DNA from: Eledone cirrhosa
Lineage: Eukaryota
Length of the DNA stretch: 64,000 nucleotides
Assembly (NCBI GenBank): GCA_964016885.1
Contig: OZ024761.1
Span: 27,590,001 to 27,654,000, forward strand
Direction: 5' to 3'
A program made the translations under genes and the position numbers. How positions within the stretch are numbered: the first letter of the stretch is position 1; every line of letters begins with the position of its first letter. This document shows positions 14,268-34,402 of this stretch, piece after piece. The notes under the pieces are model-generated. The model was not told where the DNA came from, did not search any database, and was given only the letters and a program-made list of their open reading frames with translations.

Positions 14268-15025
14268 GTGTTGTGTAATCTAGCCAGTAATATCCCTAAA
14301 CGCTCCTTCTCTATCCTATCTAACCCCCCCAACCATAGATATTGCAAACTCTTTAATAAAAATAACATTAAAATCTCATTCTCCACAGCACCTAACCTAG
14401 CTAGCCACATCGCATTCAGTAACCATCATAAACTAAGACAGTATAACTCCCACACCGCGCTACCCCCCATCAAATACACCACGCCACTACACCAATACTC
14501 ACTCTAGTAGCACACCTCCCCCATCTAATCCTTCTAGAACTGACCAACCACTTAGATTAAACAACCCTACTCTCACTAACCGCAGAAGTAACTGCAACTG
14601 CCGTTACCCTAATGCATGCCCACTAAACGGACATTGCCTGACACACAATATAGTTTATAGGTGCACAGTTATAACTGCTTCGCATACCCGCTCCTATATC
14701 GGCTCTACCTCTAACCCCTTTAAGGTACGCTATAACCCCCAACTCTTTTTCCTTCCGTGACCCTAACAACAGATGTTCGACATCTCTGGCTAGGCTCATT
14801 ATAAACCTTAAATTAACCAACATTGAACACTCACTAACATGGGATATCTTGGCTAGGGCCCAACCCTTCAATGGATGAAGAAAATCTTGTGACCTCTGAC
14901 TTAGCGAAGCATATTACATAATTCTATCACGACCTCTACCGATTAACGATAGAACGGAGGTAAATATTAGCTGTCAATATCGAAGGTCTAATTCCTTCGC
15001 CAACAGAATATTTGACCCAACATAG
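14268..15025 (+). pseudogene. Penelope-like RT thumb, Cys-rich linker and GIY-YIG endonuclease, frameshifted with stops
   Basis: HRYCKLFNKNNIKISFSTAPNL; from 14584 RSNCNCRYPNACPLNGHCLTHNIVYRCTVITASHTRSYIGSTSNPFKVRYN; after a frameshift STSLARLIINLK..LTWDILARA..CDL*LSEAYYI..INDRTE..CQYRR. Confidence 0.9.
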
Positions 15026-15403
15026 TCATCTAGCCCCATTTTTAATTGTAGCTAATAAGTTAAATAATTATAGCTAACTTAGATAATTATAAGTTACCTC
15101 CCTTACATTGTCTATCAATTAAAAAATAAAAAAATTAGCAATCTTTTAACTATAAACTACACACAATTTCTAATCTATCGAGGAGTTACCTCCCCTGAAA
15201 CCACCCTCTAATTAGTAAGGTAAATATGTCCATTGGCTGCCATCTTGTTACCCATATCTCACACAATGCAGCCTCAACAGAAGAATACTGCTCGACTATG
15301 GCAGACAATAGATATACCCAGGACACCATAGTGAAATACCAATATATAGAACATTACATTCATGTAACATTCTTTCCTTATTTTAATTTATATTCCTTTT
15401 GAA

Positions 15404-15522
15404 GTTCCGATGAGCTGCTCTATTTTTACCTATGTTAATTATTTTCAACTGAACCAGATCAATACTGATCTATAATCATTTAATCCAGAAATATTATATG
15501 GAATAGCGAAACAATTGTAAAC
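15404..15522 (+). ncRNA. Hammerhead (U4C) with ~80-nt stem II insertion in the PLE terminal repeat
   Basis: GTT-CCGATGA-GCTGCTC...GAATAGC-GAAA-C-AATT-G-TA-AAC; 3-bp stem I; palindromic stem III. Confidence 0.62.
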
Positions 15523-15539
15523 GGACATTATTATTACGG

Positions 15540-15647
15540 TCTGAGTTCAAATCCCGCCGAGGTTAACTATGCTTTTCATCCTTACGGGGTCGATAAAATA
15601 AAGTACCAGTAATGTACTGGGTAATTGCTGGCCTTGTGCCAAAAGTA
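15540..15647 (+). mobile_element. tRNA-derived SINE inside the right PLE arm
   Basis: CTGAGTTCAAATCCCGCCGAGGTTAAC...GGCCTTGTGCCAAAAGTA. Confidence 0.85.
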
Positions 15648-15969
15648 ACAATTGTAAACGGACATTATTATTATTAATATTATTATTATTATTATTCTCT
15701 ACATTCCTTACATCAAACTAAAATAGGTTGACAATCTTTTAATAATATCTTCCTTGTGAAATTTGTGTGTCTTGTTTTGCTTAACTCATGAATATTTCCA
15801 GCTCTGTGCACCTAATCTATGCATGAACCCAGCCACCTAGCTGCCTTCCACTGCACATTGAGCACATGCCTTTACGCTTTGGCTTCTAACTAATTCACCA
15901 ATCTCTCTTCTCCTCTCCTATCTCCTCTCCTATCTCTATCTCTCTCTTTAAAATTGGTTACTCTTGAAC

Positions 15970-16041
<72 letters not shown>

Positions 16042-16044
<3 letters not shown>

Positions 16045-16135
16045 TAGTTAAGCCAGAGGGTCGATCGTGAGCTCGGCGGTTAGTTATTTAACGAGCAACG
16101 GCCATTCTCGATAACGAGGGGGCACCCATTTAAGG
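16042..16135 (+). mobile_element. Possible RTE-type 3' UTR fragment
   Basis: GGCCATTCTCG-ATAA-CGAGGGGGCACCCAT resembles the hairpin at 8260-8292. Confidence 0.35.
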
Positions 16136-16529
16136 TATATATTTAAGGTGAATATATATATATATACACATATATATTATACACACACACATATATGAAA
16201 GAGAGAGATATATACATACACAAATAAATACATATATAGATATATAGATATTTACACACTCAGCCACGTACGAACGTCCATCCATACATACATACAAACA
16301 TACATTCATATGTATATAGATATATACTAGCTGAACTCTCCGATTACGTTTATAAGACCGGGAGAAACCAAGAAAACTAATCGCTTCATCTGCCAAATAT
16401 AGAAAATGAGAATATAACGATACTTTAATTCCTTTGACCTCTCAATGTATGTGGAAACGACTTCTGTACACACTGTCTACACATACATACTTGATGTGTA
16501 CATAAGCTCTCTCTCTCTCACACACACAC

Positions 16530-22400
<5,871 letters not shown>

Positions 22401-22527
22401 GTATGTATATATATATATATATGTATGTGTATATATATATGTATGTATATATGTATATATATGTATGTATATATATATATATGTATGTATATATATATAT
22501 ATATGTATGTGTATATATATATGTATG

Positions 22528-22567
<40 letters not shown>

Positions 22568-22645
22568 TATATGTATGTGTATATATATGTGTATGTATAT
22601 ATATATATATATGTGTATATATATATGTATATATATATATTTATG

Positions 22646-22680
<35 letters not shown>

Positions 22681-22729
22681 TTATGTATGTATATATATAT
22701 ATATGTATGTATATATATATATATGTATG

Positions 22730-22784
<55 letters not shown>

Positions 22785-22804
22785 GTATGTATATATGTAT
22801 GTAT

Positions 22805-22859
<55 letters not shown>

Positions 22860-22863
22860 TATG

Positions 22864-22901
<38 letters not shown>

Positions 22902-23060
22902 TATGTATGTATATATATATATGTATATCTATATATATGTATATATATATATATGTATATATATATATGTATATATATGTATGTATATATATATATGTAT
23001 ATATATATATGTATATATATATATGTATATATATGTATATATATATAAGTATATATATAT

Positions 23061-23120
<60 letters not shown>

Positions 23121-23184
23121 GTATATGTATATATATATATGTATATATATATATGTATATGTATATATATATATGTATATATAT

Positions 23185-23272
23185 ATTTCATTATAATACC
23201 ATTTTATATATATTTTAAAGGATTGTAAATAAAACGAGTAAATCAGACAAAGTTGGAATTCCTCTTATTAAT
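23185..23272 (+). mobile_element. Isolated 3' terminus of family D
   Basis: Matches 24155-24237. Confidence 0.8.
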
Positions 23273-23274
23273 AT

Positions 23275-23306
<32 letters not shown>

Positions 23307-23313
23307 GTATATG

Positions 23314-23502
<189 letters not shown>

Positions 23503-23517
23503 GTATATATATGTATG

Positions 23518-23580
<63 letters not shown>

Positions 23581-23637
23581 GTATATATATATATGTATAT
23601 ATATATATGTATATATATATATGTATATATATATATG

Positions 23638-23682
<45 letters not shown>

Positions 23683-23951
23683 GTATATATATATATGTAT
23701 ATATATATATGTATATATATATATATGTATATATATATATGTATATATATATATATGTATATAAATATATATGTATATAGATATAGATAGGTAAATATAC
23801 ACGGGTGTGTATGATTGTGTATAGAAGATTATATTAATAAGAGGAATTCCAACTTTGTCTGATTTACTCGTTTTATTTACAATCCTTTAAAATATATATA
23901 ATGGTATTCTAATGAAATAGTATGATAGAATATTAAATTCTAAGTGTTAAT

Positions 23952-23990
23952 TGAACAAGTACTTTCATGCTTTCGCAATCTTCAGGTTCA
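23952..23990 (-). ncRNA. Minimal type I hammerhead, inverted copy
   Basis: Exact reverse complement of 24083-24121. Confidence 0.78.
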
Positions 23991-24082
23991 TGATATGTGG
24001 TGACAGTCGAGTTTGCAATTTTCAACTGTGGAAAATTGCAAACTCGACTGAAAATTGCAAACTCGACTGTCACCACATATCA

Positions 24083-24121
24083 TGAACCTGAAGATTGCGA
24101 AAGCATGAAAGTACTTGTTCA
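24083..24121 (+). ncRNA. Minimal type I hammerhead, canonical CUGAAGA core
   Basis: TGAAC-CTGAAGA-t-TGC-GAAA-GCA-t-GAAA-G-TA-C-TT-GTTCA; 5-bp stem I; palindrome AAGTACTT spanning stem III. Confidence 0.78.
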
Positions 24122-24545
24122 ATTAACACTTAGAATTTAATATTCTATCATACTATTTCATTATAATACCATTATATATATTTTAAAGGATTGTAAATAA
24201 AACGAGTAAATCAGACAAAGTTGGAATTCCTCTTATATATATATATGTATATATATATATGTATATATATATATGTATATATATATATGTATATATATAT
24301 ATGTATATATATATATGTATATATATATATGTATATATATATATGTATATATATATATGTATATATATATATGTATATATATATATATGTATATATATAT
24401 GTATATATATGTATGTATATATATATATGTATATATATGTATGTATATATATATATGTATATATATGTATGTATATATATATATGTATATATATGTATGT
24501 ATATATATATATATATGTATGTATATATATATATACATACATATA

Positions 24546-24588
<43 letters not shown>

Positions 24589-24608
24589 GTATGTATATAT
24601 ATATATAC

Positions 24609-24639
<31 letters not shown>

Positions 24640-24654
24640 CATACATATATATAC

Positions 24655-24702
<48 letters not shown>

Positions 24703-24706
24703 ATAT

Positions 24707-24865
24707 AGTTCCATGGGCCCAACAATAATTGTCACAAGTGTAGTGTTTGTACCAGAGTTTTCAAGTCGCTGGCTGGACTAAAAAGTCACACTTGTTCAAC
24801 GCGTCGGTAGGAGTTCTCCTACATGGATATAAAATAGTGGTTGTACTCGAAAACGAGTTGGCAGC

Positions 24866-24870
<5 letters not shown>
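24707..24870 (+). mobile_element. Second RTE-type 3' end (C2H2 finger remnant, hairpin, TA tail)
   Basis: Highly similar to 8146-8292; (TA)n on both sides. Confidence 0.65.
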
Positions 24871-24933
<63 letters not shown>

Positions 24934-25398
24934 ATCTATATATGTGTATATAGAAGCAGACAAAATACTGTTTAAAAGGACTTAGTACAGAAAGTCTTTA
25001 TACATATATTTATGTAAATAGGTAGACTATAATGTAGATCTAATGGCATCTGTTTTTCTTTCATATTTTTCGCTAAATCGTCTCTTCTCCCGTCTGAAAT
25101 ACCAAAATTGACGTTTCCATCTGTTCTCCTCCATATTGAATTTCCAATTGCCCTCAAAGGAGTAGTCTTAAGGAGACCTGACTCATACATATAATATTGT
25201 GGTTTCTATTATCCTCGGTAAAAGCATGGTGTTGCTACTGAGGATCAAAGCCACCTGGCTGTTTTCTGTTCCTATGGAGCTAGATATATAGTAGTGAGGT
25301 TAGAGAAGAGAACAGCTCTGGGGCCACTATCAACAACACCAAGTCCTAGGTATTCATCATGCAACTTCCATATCCCTCCTCTAGTTTTTATGTAACCC

Positions 25399-25655
25399 CG
25401 ATACTATGGGCATGCGGTTAGAATTCCTCAGCAAAGAATCGCTGGGCAGATTTTACGAGCAAAACCAATAGGTAGGAGACTAATGAGTAGACCACGAGCA
25501 AGATGGTTGTATAACCTTGGATCCATAACCTTGGCTGGTCAGGCTAGGGGATCCAGCCGGATCAGTTGGAGACGGTTGCTTCAGACAGGGCCCGCTGGAG
25601 TGAGTGTTCGAGGACTACCTCCACGACCCTCTCAGGAATAAGTGGGCAAAGAAAA
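25399..25655 (+). pseudogene. RTE-clade LINE ORF C-terminal fragment
   Basis: RYYGHAVRIPQQRIAGQILRAKPIGRRLMSRPRARW matches the RTE RW.GHV.RM...R...GRP..RW motif. Confidence 0.75.
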
Positions 25656-26039
25656 AGAAGAAATGTATAATATACCCTCGACATTCATTTGTAACTCCTG
25701 TGTATATAACATTTTGTTTTAAATCGTTATATGTATAATATATTATTGAAACAGTAGTATTAGCTTATTGAAAAAGTCTCAGCGAGGCTAAACGGATGTT
25801 TATTATACATAAACATAACGTAGGTGATTCAATCTATAACCCTATTAACATTTTATTTCTATTTACGTATTTAAAGGCTCTTGCGGCTAATTGGGAAATC
25901 ATTAACACTCTTCTTAGTATTTGTAATTTGACCGTGTAATATCCCAACAGTTGTCACCCCTACGGCTACCAAATAAATCAATAAGTCGTATCATCATCAT
26001 CAACAGTGACACCAACTCCCCATCACTGTTGTTATTATT

Positions 26040-26115
<76 letters not shown>

Positions 26116-26152
26116 TATATATATATATACACATATATATATATATATATAT

Positions 26153-26209
<57 letters not shown>

Positions 26210-26280
26210 TATATATATACACATATATATATATATGCACACATATATGTATATATATGCACACACATACACTTTATAAT

Positions 26281-26483
26281 TTGGCAGTATCGGTAGAGCG
26301 TCAGACACCATGCTTAGCAGCATAGAGTTACGGCCCTTTATGATCTGAGTTCAAATCCTGCCGAGTTTGCCTTCATCCTTACGTGGTCGATAAAATAAAG
26401 TACCAGTCACGCACTGGGGTCGATATAATGGACTTTCCCTCCCCCTAAATTTCTGGCCTTGTGCCTATAGTAGAAATAATAAT
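26281..26483 (+). mobile_element. Near full-length tRNA-derived SINE
   Basis: A-box-like TGGCAGTATCGG, B-box GAGTTCAAATCC, Meta-like core and short AAT tail. Confidence 0.85.
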
Positions 26484-26648
26484 GTTTCTTCTTTTGGCAC
26501 AAGGCCAGAAATTACACCAATGTATTACAGGTACTTTATTTTATCGGCCCCGTAAGGATGAAAGGCAAAGTTAACCTCGGTAGATTTGAACTCAGAACGT
26601 AAAGGGCCATAATTCTATGCTGCAAAGCCTGGTGTCTGACGCTCTGAT
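26484..26648 (-). mobile_element. tRNA-derived SINE, tail-to-tail with the previous copy
   Basis: Reverse complement of the same family. Confidence 0.85.
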
Positions 26649-26678
26649 AATTATTATAACTATTGTTATTATCATTGA

Positions 26679-26775
26679 TCGAGGTTAACTTTGCCTTTCA
26701 TCCTTACGGGGTCGATAAAATAAAGTACCAGTAATGCTCTGGGTAATTGCTGGCCTTGTGCCAAAAGTAGAAACA
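26679..26775 (+). mobile_element. SINE 3' half
   Basis: GAGGTTAACTTTGCCTTTCATCCTTACGGGGTCGATAAAATAAAGTACCAG. Confidence 0.85.
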
Positions 26776-27221
26776 GTTATTATCATTGATATTATTATTA
26801 CTATTACTATCATTATTAACTCTATAGAAGAAAAAAAAATGGAAATTCGCATTGACTATTTTAAAAAGGTACTGTAGCAGAAGATGAAATTCCCTCGTTG
26901 AAAAGTAGAAGGAAAAAAAAAACTGATGTTATGATCCTGCCACAGAAACTGATAGTTTGTCGTATTAGTTATGTCTTTTAGTTCTGTTGAGCCAATTAAG
27001 TTTTATAGAAACGGTAAATGATTTAATGACATAGAAGCAACGATAGCAATTTAGACGCTCTAAAGACATCTTGCTAGAAAAAAAAAGCGAAAAAAGAGGA
27101 CATGATTTTGCAATGCTTGTTTGTGTGCGTTGTGCGTTAGTTTAGGGTTTGTGTATGTGCGTAAAATATAGTTTTTTGTATCTGTTTGAGAAAGATTTCT
27201 GTGTGGTTCTATGTAATTGTC

Positions 27222-27284
<63 letters not shown>

Positions 27285-27582
27285 ACTAAATTGTGTGATA
27301 CGCGTGTAGAAACCACTATATCTGTACAAATATGTATATATTTATATATAACTGTATTTATATATTTGTATAAACTGTATGTATATACATATTTATGTAA
27401 ATGTGTATATATATATGTATATATATGTTATGTATATATCTGTATGTATGTATATATGTGTATGTATATACATATATGTGTGTATGTATATATATATGTA
27501 TACATATATGTGTATATTTGTATATATATTTTTGTAGATATATGTGTGTGTATATATATGTGTATACATAGATATGTATGTA

Positions 27583-27647
<65 letters not shown>

Positions 27648-27928
27648 ATGTATGTATGTATATATATGTATATATATATATGTATATATCTGTATATATA
27701 TATATATATGTATGTATGTATATATATGTATGTATGTATGTATATATATGTATATATATATGTATATATCTGTATATATATATATATATATGTATGTATA
27801 TATATGTATATATATTTTATGTATATATATGTATATATATATATGTATGTATATATATGTATATATATTTTATGTATATATATGTATATATATATATGTA
27901 TGTATATATATATATGTATATATATATG

Positions 27929-27989
<61 letters not shown>

Positions 27990-28136
27990 GTATATATATG
28001 TATATATATATGTGTGTGTATATGTATATATATGTATGTATATGTATATATATATGTATATATATGTATATATATATGTATATATACATATATATATATG
28101 TATATATACATATATATATGTATATATACATATATA

Positions 28137-28199
<63 letters not shown>

Positions 28200-28200
28200 T

Positions 28201-28231
<31 letters not shown>

Positions 28232-28250
28232 TTGTATATATACATATATG

Positions 28251-28282
<32 letters not shown>

Positions 28283-28284
28283 TT

Positions 28285-28319
<35 letters not shown>

Positions 28320-28371
28320 ATATATACATATATATATATATATATTTGTATATATACATATATGTATATAC

Positions 28372-28407
<36 letters not shown>

Positions 28408-28412
28408 GTATG

Positions 28413-28444
<32 letters not shown>

Positions 28445-28529
28445 TATATTTGTATATATATATATATATATATTTGTATATATACATATATATATATATA
28501 TATTTGTATATATACATATATGTATATAC

Positions 28530-28601
<72 letters not shown>

Positions 28602-28666
28602 GTATATGTATATATATGTATATATATATGTATATATATGTATATATATATGTATATATACATATA

Positions 28667-28763
<97 letters not shown>

Positions 28764-28939
28764 ATATATATATATATGTATGTATATATATATATATATG
28801 TATGTATATATATATATGTATGTATATATATATATATATATGTATGTATATATATATATATGTATGTATATATATATATATGTACTTATATATATATGTA
28901 TGTATATATATATATATGTATGTATATATATGTATATAT

Positions 28940-28980
<41 letters not shown>

Positions 28981-29030
28981 TGTATGTATGTATATATATA
29001 TGTATGTATGTATATATATATATATGTATG

Positions 29031-29086
<56 letters not shown>

Positions 29087-29177
29087 TGTATGTATATATA
29101 TATATATATGTATATATATATGTATGTATATATATATATATATGTATGTATATATATATGTATAATATATATGTATG

Positions 29178-29230
<53 letters not shown>

Positions 29231-29313
29231 GTACGTATATATATATATATGTACATATATATATATATGTATGTATATATATATATGTATGTATATATAT
29301 ATATATATGTATG

Positions 29314-29347
<34 letters not shown>

Positions 29348-29954
29348 TATGTACGTATATATATATATATGTACATATATATATATATGTACGTATATAT
29401 ATATATATGTACATATATATATATATGTATGTATATATATATATGTATGTATATATATATATATATGTATGTATATATATATGTATATATATATATGTAT
29501 GTATATATATGTATTTATATAAATATGTATGTATATATATATATATATGTATGTATGTATATATATATATATATGTGTATATATAATATATGTATATATG
29601 TATGTATATATATATATATATGTGTATATATATATATATATGTATATATATATGTATATATATATATGTATATGTATATATATATGTATATGTATATATA
29701 TATGTATATGTATATGTATATGTATATATATATGTATATATATATATATATATGTATATGTATATATATATATATGTATATATATATATGTATATGTATA
29801 TGTATATGTATATATATATGTATATATATATATATATATGTATATGTATATATATATATATGTATATATATATATGTATATATATGTATATGTATATATA
29901 TATATGTATATATATATATGTATATATATATATGTATATATATATATGTATATA

Positions 29955-29991
<37 letters not shown>

Positions 29992-30004
29992 GTATATATA
30001 TATG

Positions 30005-30041
<37 letters not shown>

Positions 30042-30042
30042 G

Positions 30043-30073
<31 letters not shown>

Positions 30074-30135
30074 GTATATGTGTATATATATATATATGTA
30101 TATGTGTATATATATATATATGTATATGTGTATAT

Positions 30136-30167
<32 letters not shown>

Positions 30168-30286
30168 GTATATATATGTATATATATATATATATGTATA
30201 TATATGTATATATATATATATATATGTATATGTGTATATATATATGTATATGTGTATATATATATATGTATATGTATATATATATG

Positions 30287-30337
<51 letters not shown>

Positions 30338-30563
30338 GTATATATATATGTATATATATGTATATATATATGTATATATATATATATATATGTATATATA
30401 TGTATATATATGTATATATATATATATATATGTATATATATGTATATATATGTATATATATATATATATATGTATGTATATATATATGTATGTATATATA
30501 TATATATGTATGTATATATATATATATGTATGTATATATATATATGTATATATATATATGTAT

Positions 30564-30787
<224 letters not shown>

Positions 30788-30892
30788 ATATATATATGTA
30801 TGTATATATATATATGTATGTATATATATATATGTATGTATATATGTATGTATATATATATATGTATGTATATATATATATATATATGTATG

Positions 30893-30997
<105 letters not shown>

Positions 30998-31001
30998 GTA
31001 T

Positions 31002-31056
<55 letters not shown>

Positions 31057-31064
31057 TATGTATG

Positions 31065-31133
<69 letters not shown>

Positions 31134-31195
31134 GTATATATATATGTATATATATATGTATATATATATATATATATGTATGTATATTATATATG

Positions 31196-31376
<181 letters not shown>

Positions 31377-31475
31377 GTATATATATATATATATATGTAT
31401 ATATATGTATGTATATATATATATGTATGTATATATATATATATGTATATATGTATGTATATATATATATGTATG

Positions 31476-31507
<32 letters not shown>

Positions 31508-31523
31508 TATATATATATGTATG

Positions 31524-31607
<84 letters not shown>

Positions 31608-31703
31608 ATATATATATGCGTGTGTGTTGAATATGTGTACGTTAATTGTAAAACTTTTGTAACGATATCAATGATTTTAACTTCATAGAACTTCTAGTAA
31701 ATG

Positions 31704-31761
<58 letters not shown>

Positions 31762-32059
31762 TATATATATATTTATATAAACTGTATACATACATTACAC
31801 CCACATGCACTCGAACAAACGAGAAAATTAGCCGTAATTGTATATTTATTTTTTTATATAATCACATATATTTAAACATACACAGACATGATGATGGTAC
31901 ACCGCGCACACATACAAACACATATACACACACAAGCACACATATATACATATATAGTTACTATAACTAGCCAATCGAGTGACTTTATTGTAGCTACATC
32001 ATTTACTCGGTCTTATATAATACATGAAACAAAGTGTTAGGCCTCTGTCGTTGTCGGCG

Positions 32060-32225
32060 ATGAGTTCTCCATTTAATTGAATCAACGGAACTGCCTACTC
32101 AAGAAAATGGCTCAGCATTTCACAGACGCGTGTATACTTATGGTAGTTACCAGGGAGATTCAGTGTGGTACAACGTGTGAGACATCTGGCCCCATGAATT
32201 ACAAGCACAGCTCATTTTTTGCCAG
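32060..32225. mobile_element. Degenerate fragment of a second, cephalopod-type SINE family
   Basis: GGGAGATTCAGTGTG...CTGGCCCC.TGAATTACA..CACAGCTCATTTTTGCCAG recalled from octopus SINEs; not verified. Confidence 0.4.
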
Positions 32226-32304
32226 GGAAAAAAACCCCTCTCCACGTTTGTACACAACCCATTTCTCTCAATAAGAGAGGAAGAGGGCGATAGATAGATA
32301 GATA

Positions 32305-32349
<45 letters not shown>

Positions 32350-32508
32350 TGTGTGTGTGTGTGTGTGTTGGAGAAGAAGAATCAACCCTAGTATTGGACT
32401 CTGGCCCCATGAATTACAAGCACAGCTCATTTTTTGCCAGGGAAAAAAAACCCTCTCCACGTTTGTACACAACCCATTTCTCTCAATAAGAGAGGAAGAG
32501 GGCGATAG

Positions 32509-32539
<31 letters not shown>

Positions 32540-32747
32540 AAGAGAGAGAGAGTGTGTGTGTGTGTGTGTGTGTGTTGGAGAAGAAGAATCAACCCTAGTA
32601 TTGGACTCTGGCCCCATGAATTACAAGCACAGCTCATTTTTTGCCAGGGAAAATAACCCCTCTCCACGTTTGTACACAACCCATTTCTCTCAATAAGAGA
32701 GGAAGAGGGCGATAGATAGATAGAGGGAGAGAAAGAGAGAGAGAGAG

Positions 32748-32839
<92 letters not shown>

Positions 32840-32872
32840 GGAGAAGAAGAATCGACCCTAGTAGTGGACTGG
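32187..32872. repeat. ~215-bp tandem repeat x3 with compound (GATA)(GA)(GT) microsatellites
   Basis: CTGGCCCCATGAATTACAAGCACAGCTC at ~32187, 32401 and 32608. Confidence 0.95.
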
Positions 32873-32884
32873 TATATAAAATGT

Positions 32885-33000
32885 TATCGTCCTCGAAAGG
32901 ATGAAAGGCAATGTTGACCATGGCAGAATTTGAGTTCAAAGCGCTCAGACAGTTGGGATGAATAACGCAAAGCATTCTATCCAGCATCATTACGAATCTG
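32885..33000 (-). mobile_element. Degenerate SINE (Meta-like family)
   Basis: AAAGGATGAAAGGCAATGTTGACCATGGCAGAATTTGAGTTCA. Confidence 0.6.
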
Positions 33001-33103
33001 ACACTTAGACACCTACATATAGACACACACATATATATATAAACAAGTATATATATATATACACACATACAAATGTATATTTACTCATATACGTCCACAC
33101 ACA

Positions 33104-33164
<61 letters not shown>

Positions 33165-33180
33165 TAAAATAACAGATTAA

Positions 33181-33231
33181 AGTTTAAGCAAACAATCGCT
33201 GCTTTCACCCTTAACGGGATCTTCTGAAACT
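33181..33231 (-). ncRNA. Hammerhead variant (U4A core CAGAAGA)
   Basis: AGTTT-CAGAAGA-tCCC-gttaa-GGGt-GAAA-GCA...TGC-TT-AAACT; 5-bp stem I. Confidence 0.6.
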
Positions 33232-33834
33232 AACAAAGTCAATCTGTGAACGCAGAAGTGAATATTTCAAAAAAACGTTGCAACCGGAGGAAGACAGGAA
33301 GACGATGCTTTGGTTCGTGGAAACGTTCCCTGGCAAAGAACGGGAAAAAACGAATATAATACGTCATTAATAGGAGCGGTGAAAAACAATTACACGCAAA
33401 GATAGAACCACTTTTATGGTATAAAAGACGTCGTAGACTAATGTTCTCTTAGATGGTTCATAGAGACGTTCTCTGGCAATGAACGGAGAAAACGAAGATA
33501 ATACGTCATATGTGGAGCGTGGAGAACAATTGCACGCAAAGACAAAACCACGTAAACGGTATAACTGAAGTTGTAGACTAAAATTCTAACTAGGAAACCG
33601 AATGATTCTCTGCTTCAGAGTTAAGAATAAAGTAAATAAAATACAGAGGTAATTGAAATTAAATAAATACATACACGCATCCAAAAACTGCTCCAAATAA
33701 TGACGTATTATATTCGTATTTTACCGTTCTTTGCCAGGGACCGTTTCCACGAACCAAAGTATCGTCTTGCTGTCTTCCTCCGGTTGCAACGTTTTTTGAA
33801 ATATTCACTTCTGCGTTCACAGATTGACTTTGTT

Positions 33835-33885
33835 AGTTTCAGAAGATCCCGTTAAGGGTGAAAGCAGCGATTCTTTGCTTAAAAT
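33835..33885 (+). ncRNA. Hammerhead variant (U4A), second arm
   Basis: Same motif on the + strand. Confidence 0.58.
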
Positions 33886-34161
33886 TTAATCTGTTATTTT
33901 AATAAATATTTGCTCTACGGTTCTTATACATTTGATATATATTTATCCTTATCGAGCCCTCTTTGGATTTTAGTCTTCAAATTTATTATTATTATATATA
34001 TATATATATAGTAATATGTGGGTGTTTATATACATGTATATATATATATAATATATATATATATATATAGATATGTATATATAGTTATGAACATATATAT
34101 GAGGGTGTATATATGCATATATATATGTATATATATTTATAAACATATATATATGCATATA

Positions 34162-34207
<46 letters not shown>

Positions 34208-34233
34208 TATACATATATATATATATATACATA

Positions 34234-34279
<46 letters not shown>

Positions 34280-34347
34280 TGTTTATATATACATATATAT
34301 ATACATACATATGTATATATACATATATATATATGTATATATATATA

Positions 34348-34402
34348 GATATCTTACACTGATGTGCTATATATATATAGCACATCAATGTAAGATATCT
34401 AT
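34348..34402. repeat. Fold-back hairpin centred on (TA)n
   Basis: AGATATCTTACACTGATGTGCTATATATATATAGCACATCAATGTAAGATATCT. Confidence 0.8.

Larger units (their letters stand above)
13711..15710 (+). mobile_element. 5'-truncated Penelope-like retroelement with inverted terminal duplication (arms ~13711-14260 and ~15155-15710)
   Basis: Arms are near-perfect reverse complements; the interior encodes PLE RT-thumb and GIY-YIG remnants; inverted pLTR arrangement is typical of PLEs. Confidence 0.88.
23836..24237. mobile_element. ~400-bp palindromic element (family D) with a hammerhead in each arm
   Basis: Near-perfect inverted arms centred at ~24025-24050. Confidence 0.88.
33160..33908. mobile_element. 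Family E element: ~220-bp inverted arms, internal ~143-bp direct repeat pair, hammerhead variant in each arm
   Basis: 33160-33380 versus 33690-33908 inverted; direct repeats at ~33322 and ~33464. Confidence 0.85.

Noticed and set aside
25763-25826. Possible decayed hammerhead (TTGAAAA-AGTCTC..GAGGCT-AAACG..CGTA)
   Set aside because: Catalytic G12 is absent and stem I does not pair.
26281-26362. tRNA gene
   Set aside because: A and B boxes are present but there is no cloverleaf; it continues into the SINE core.
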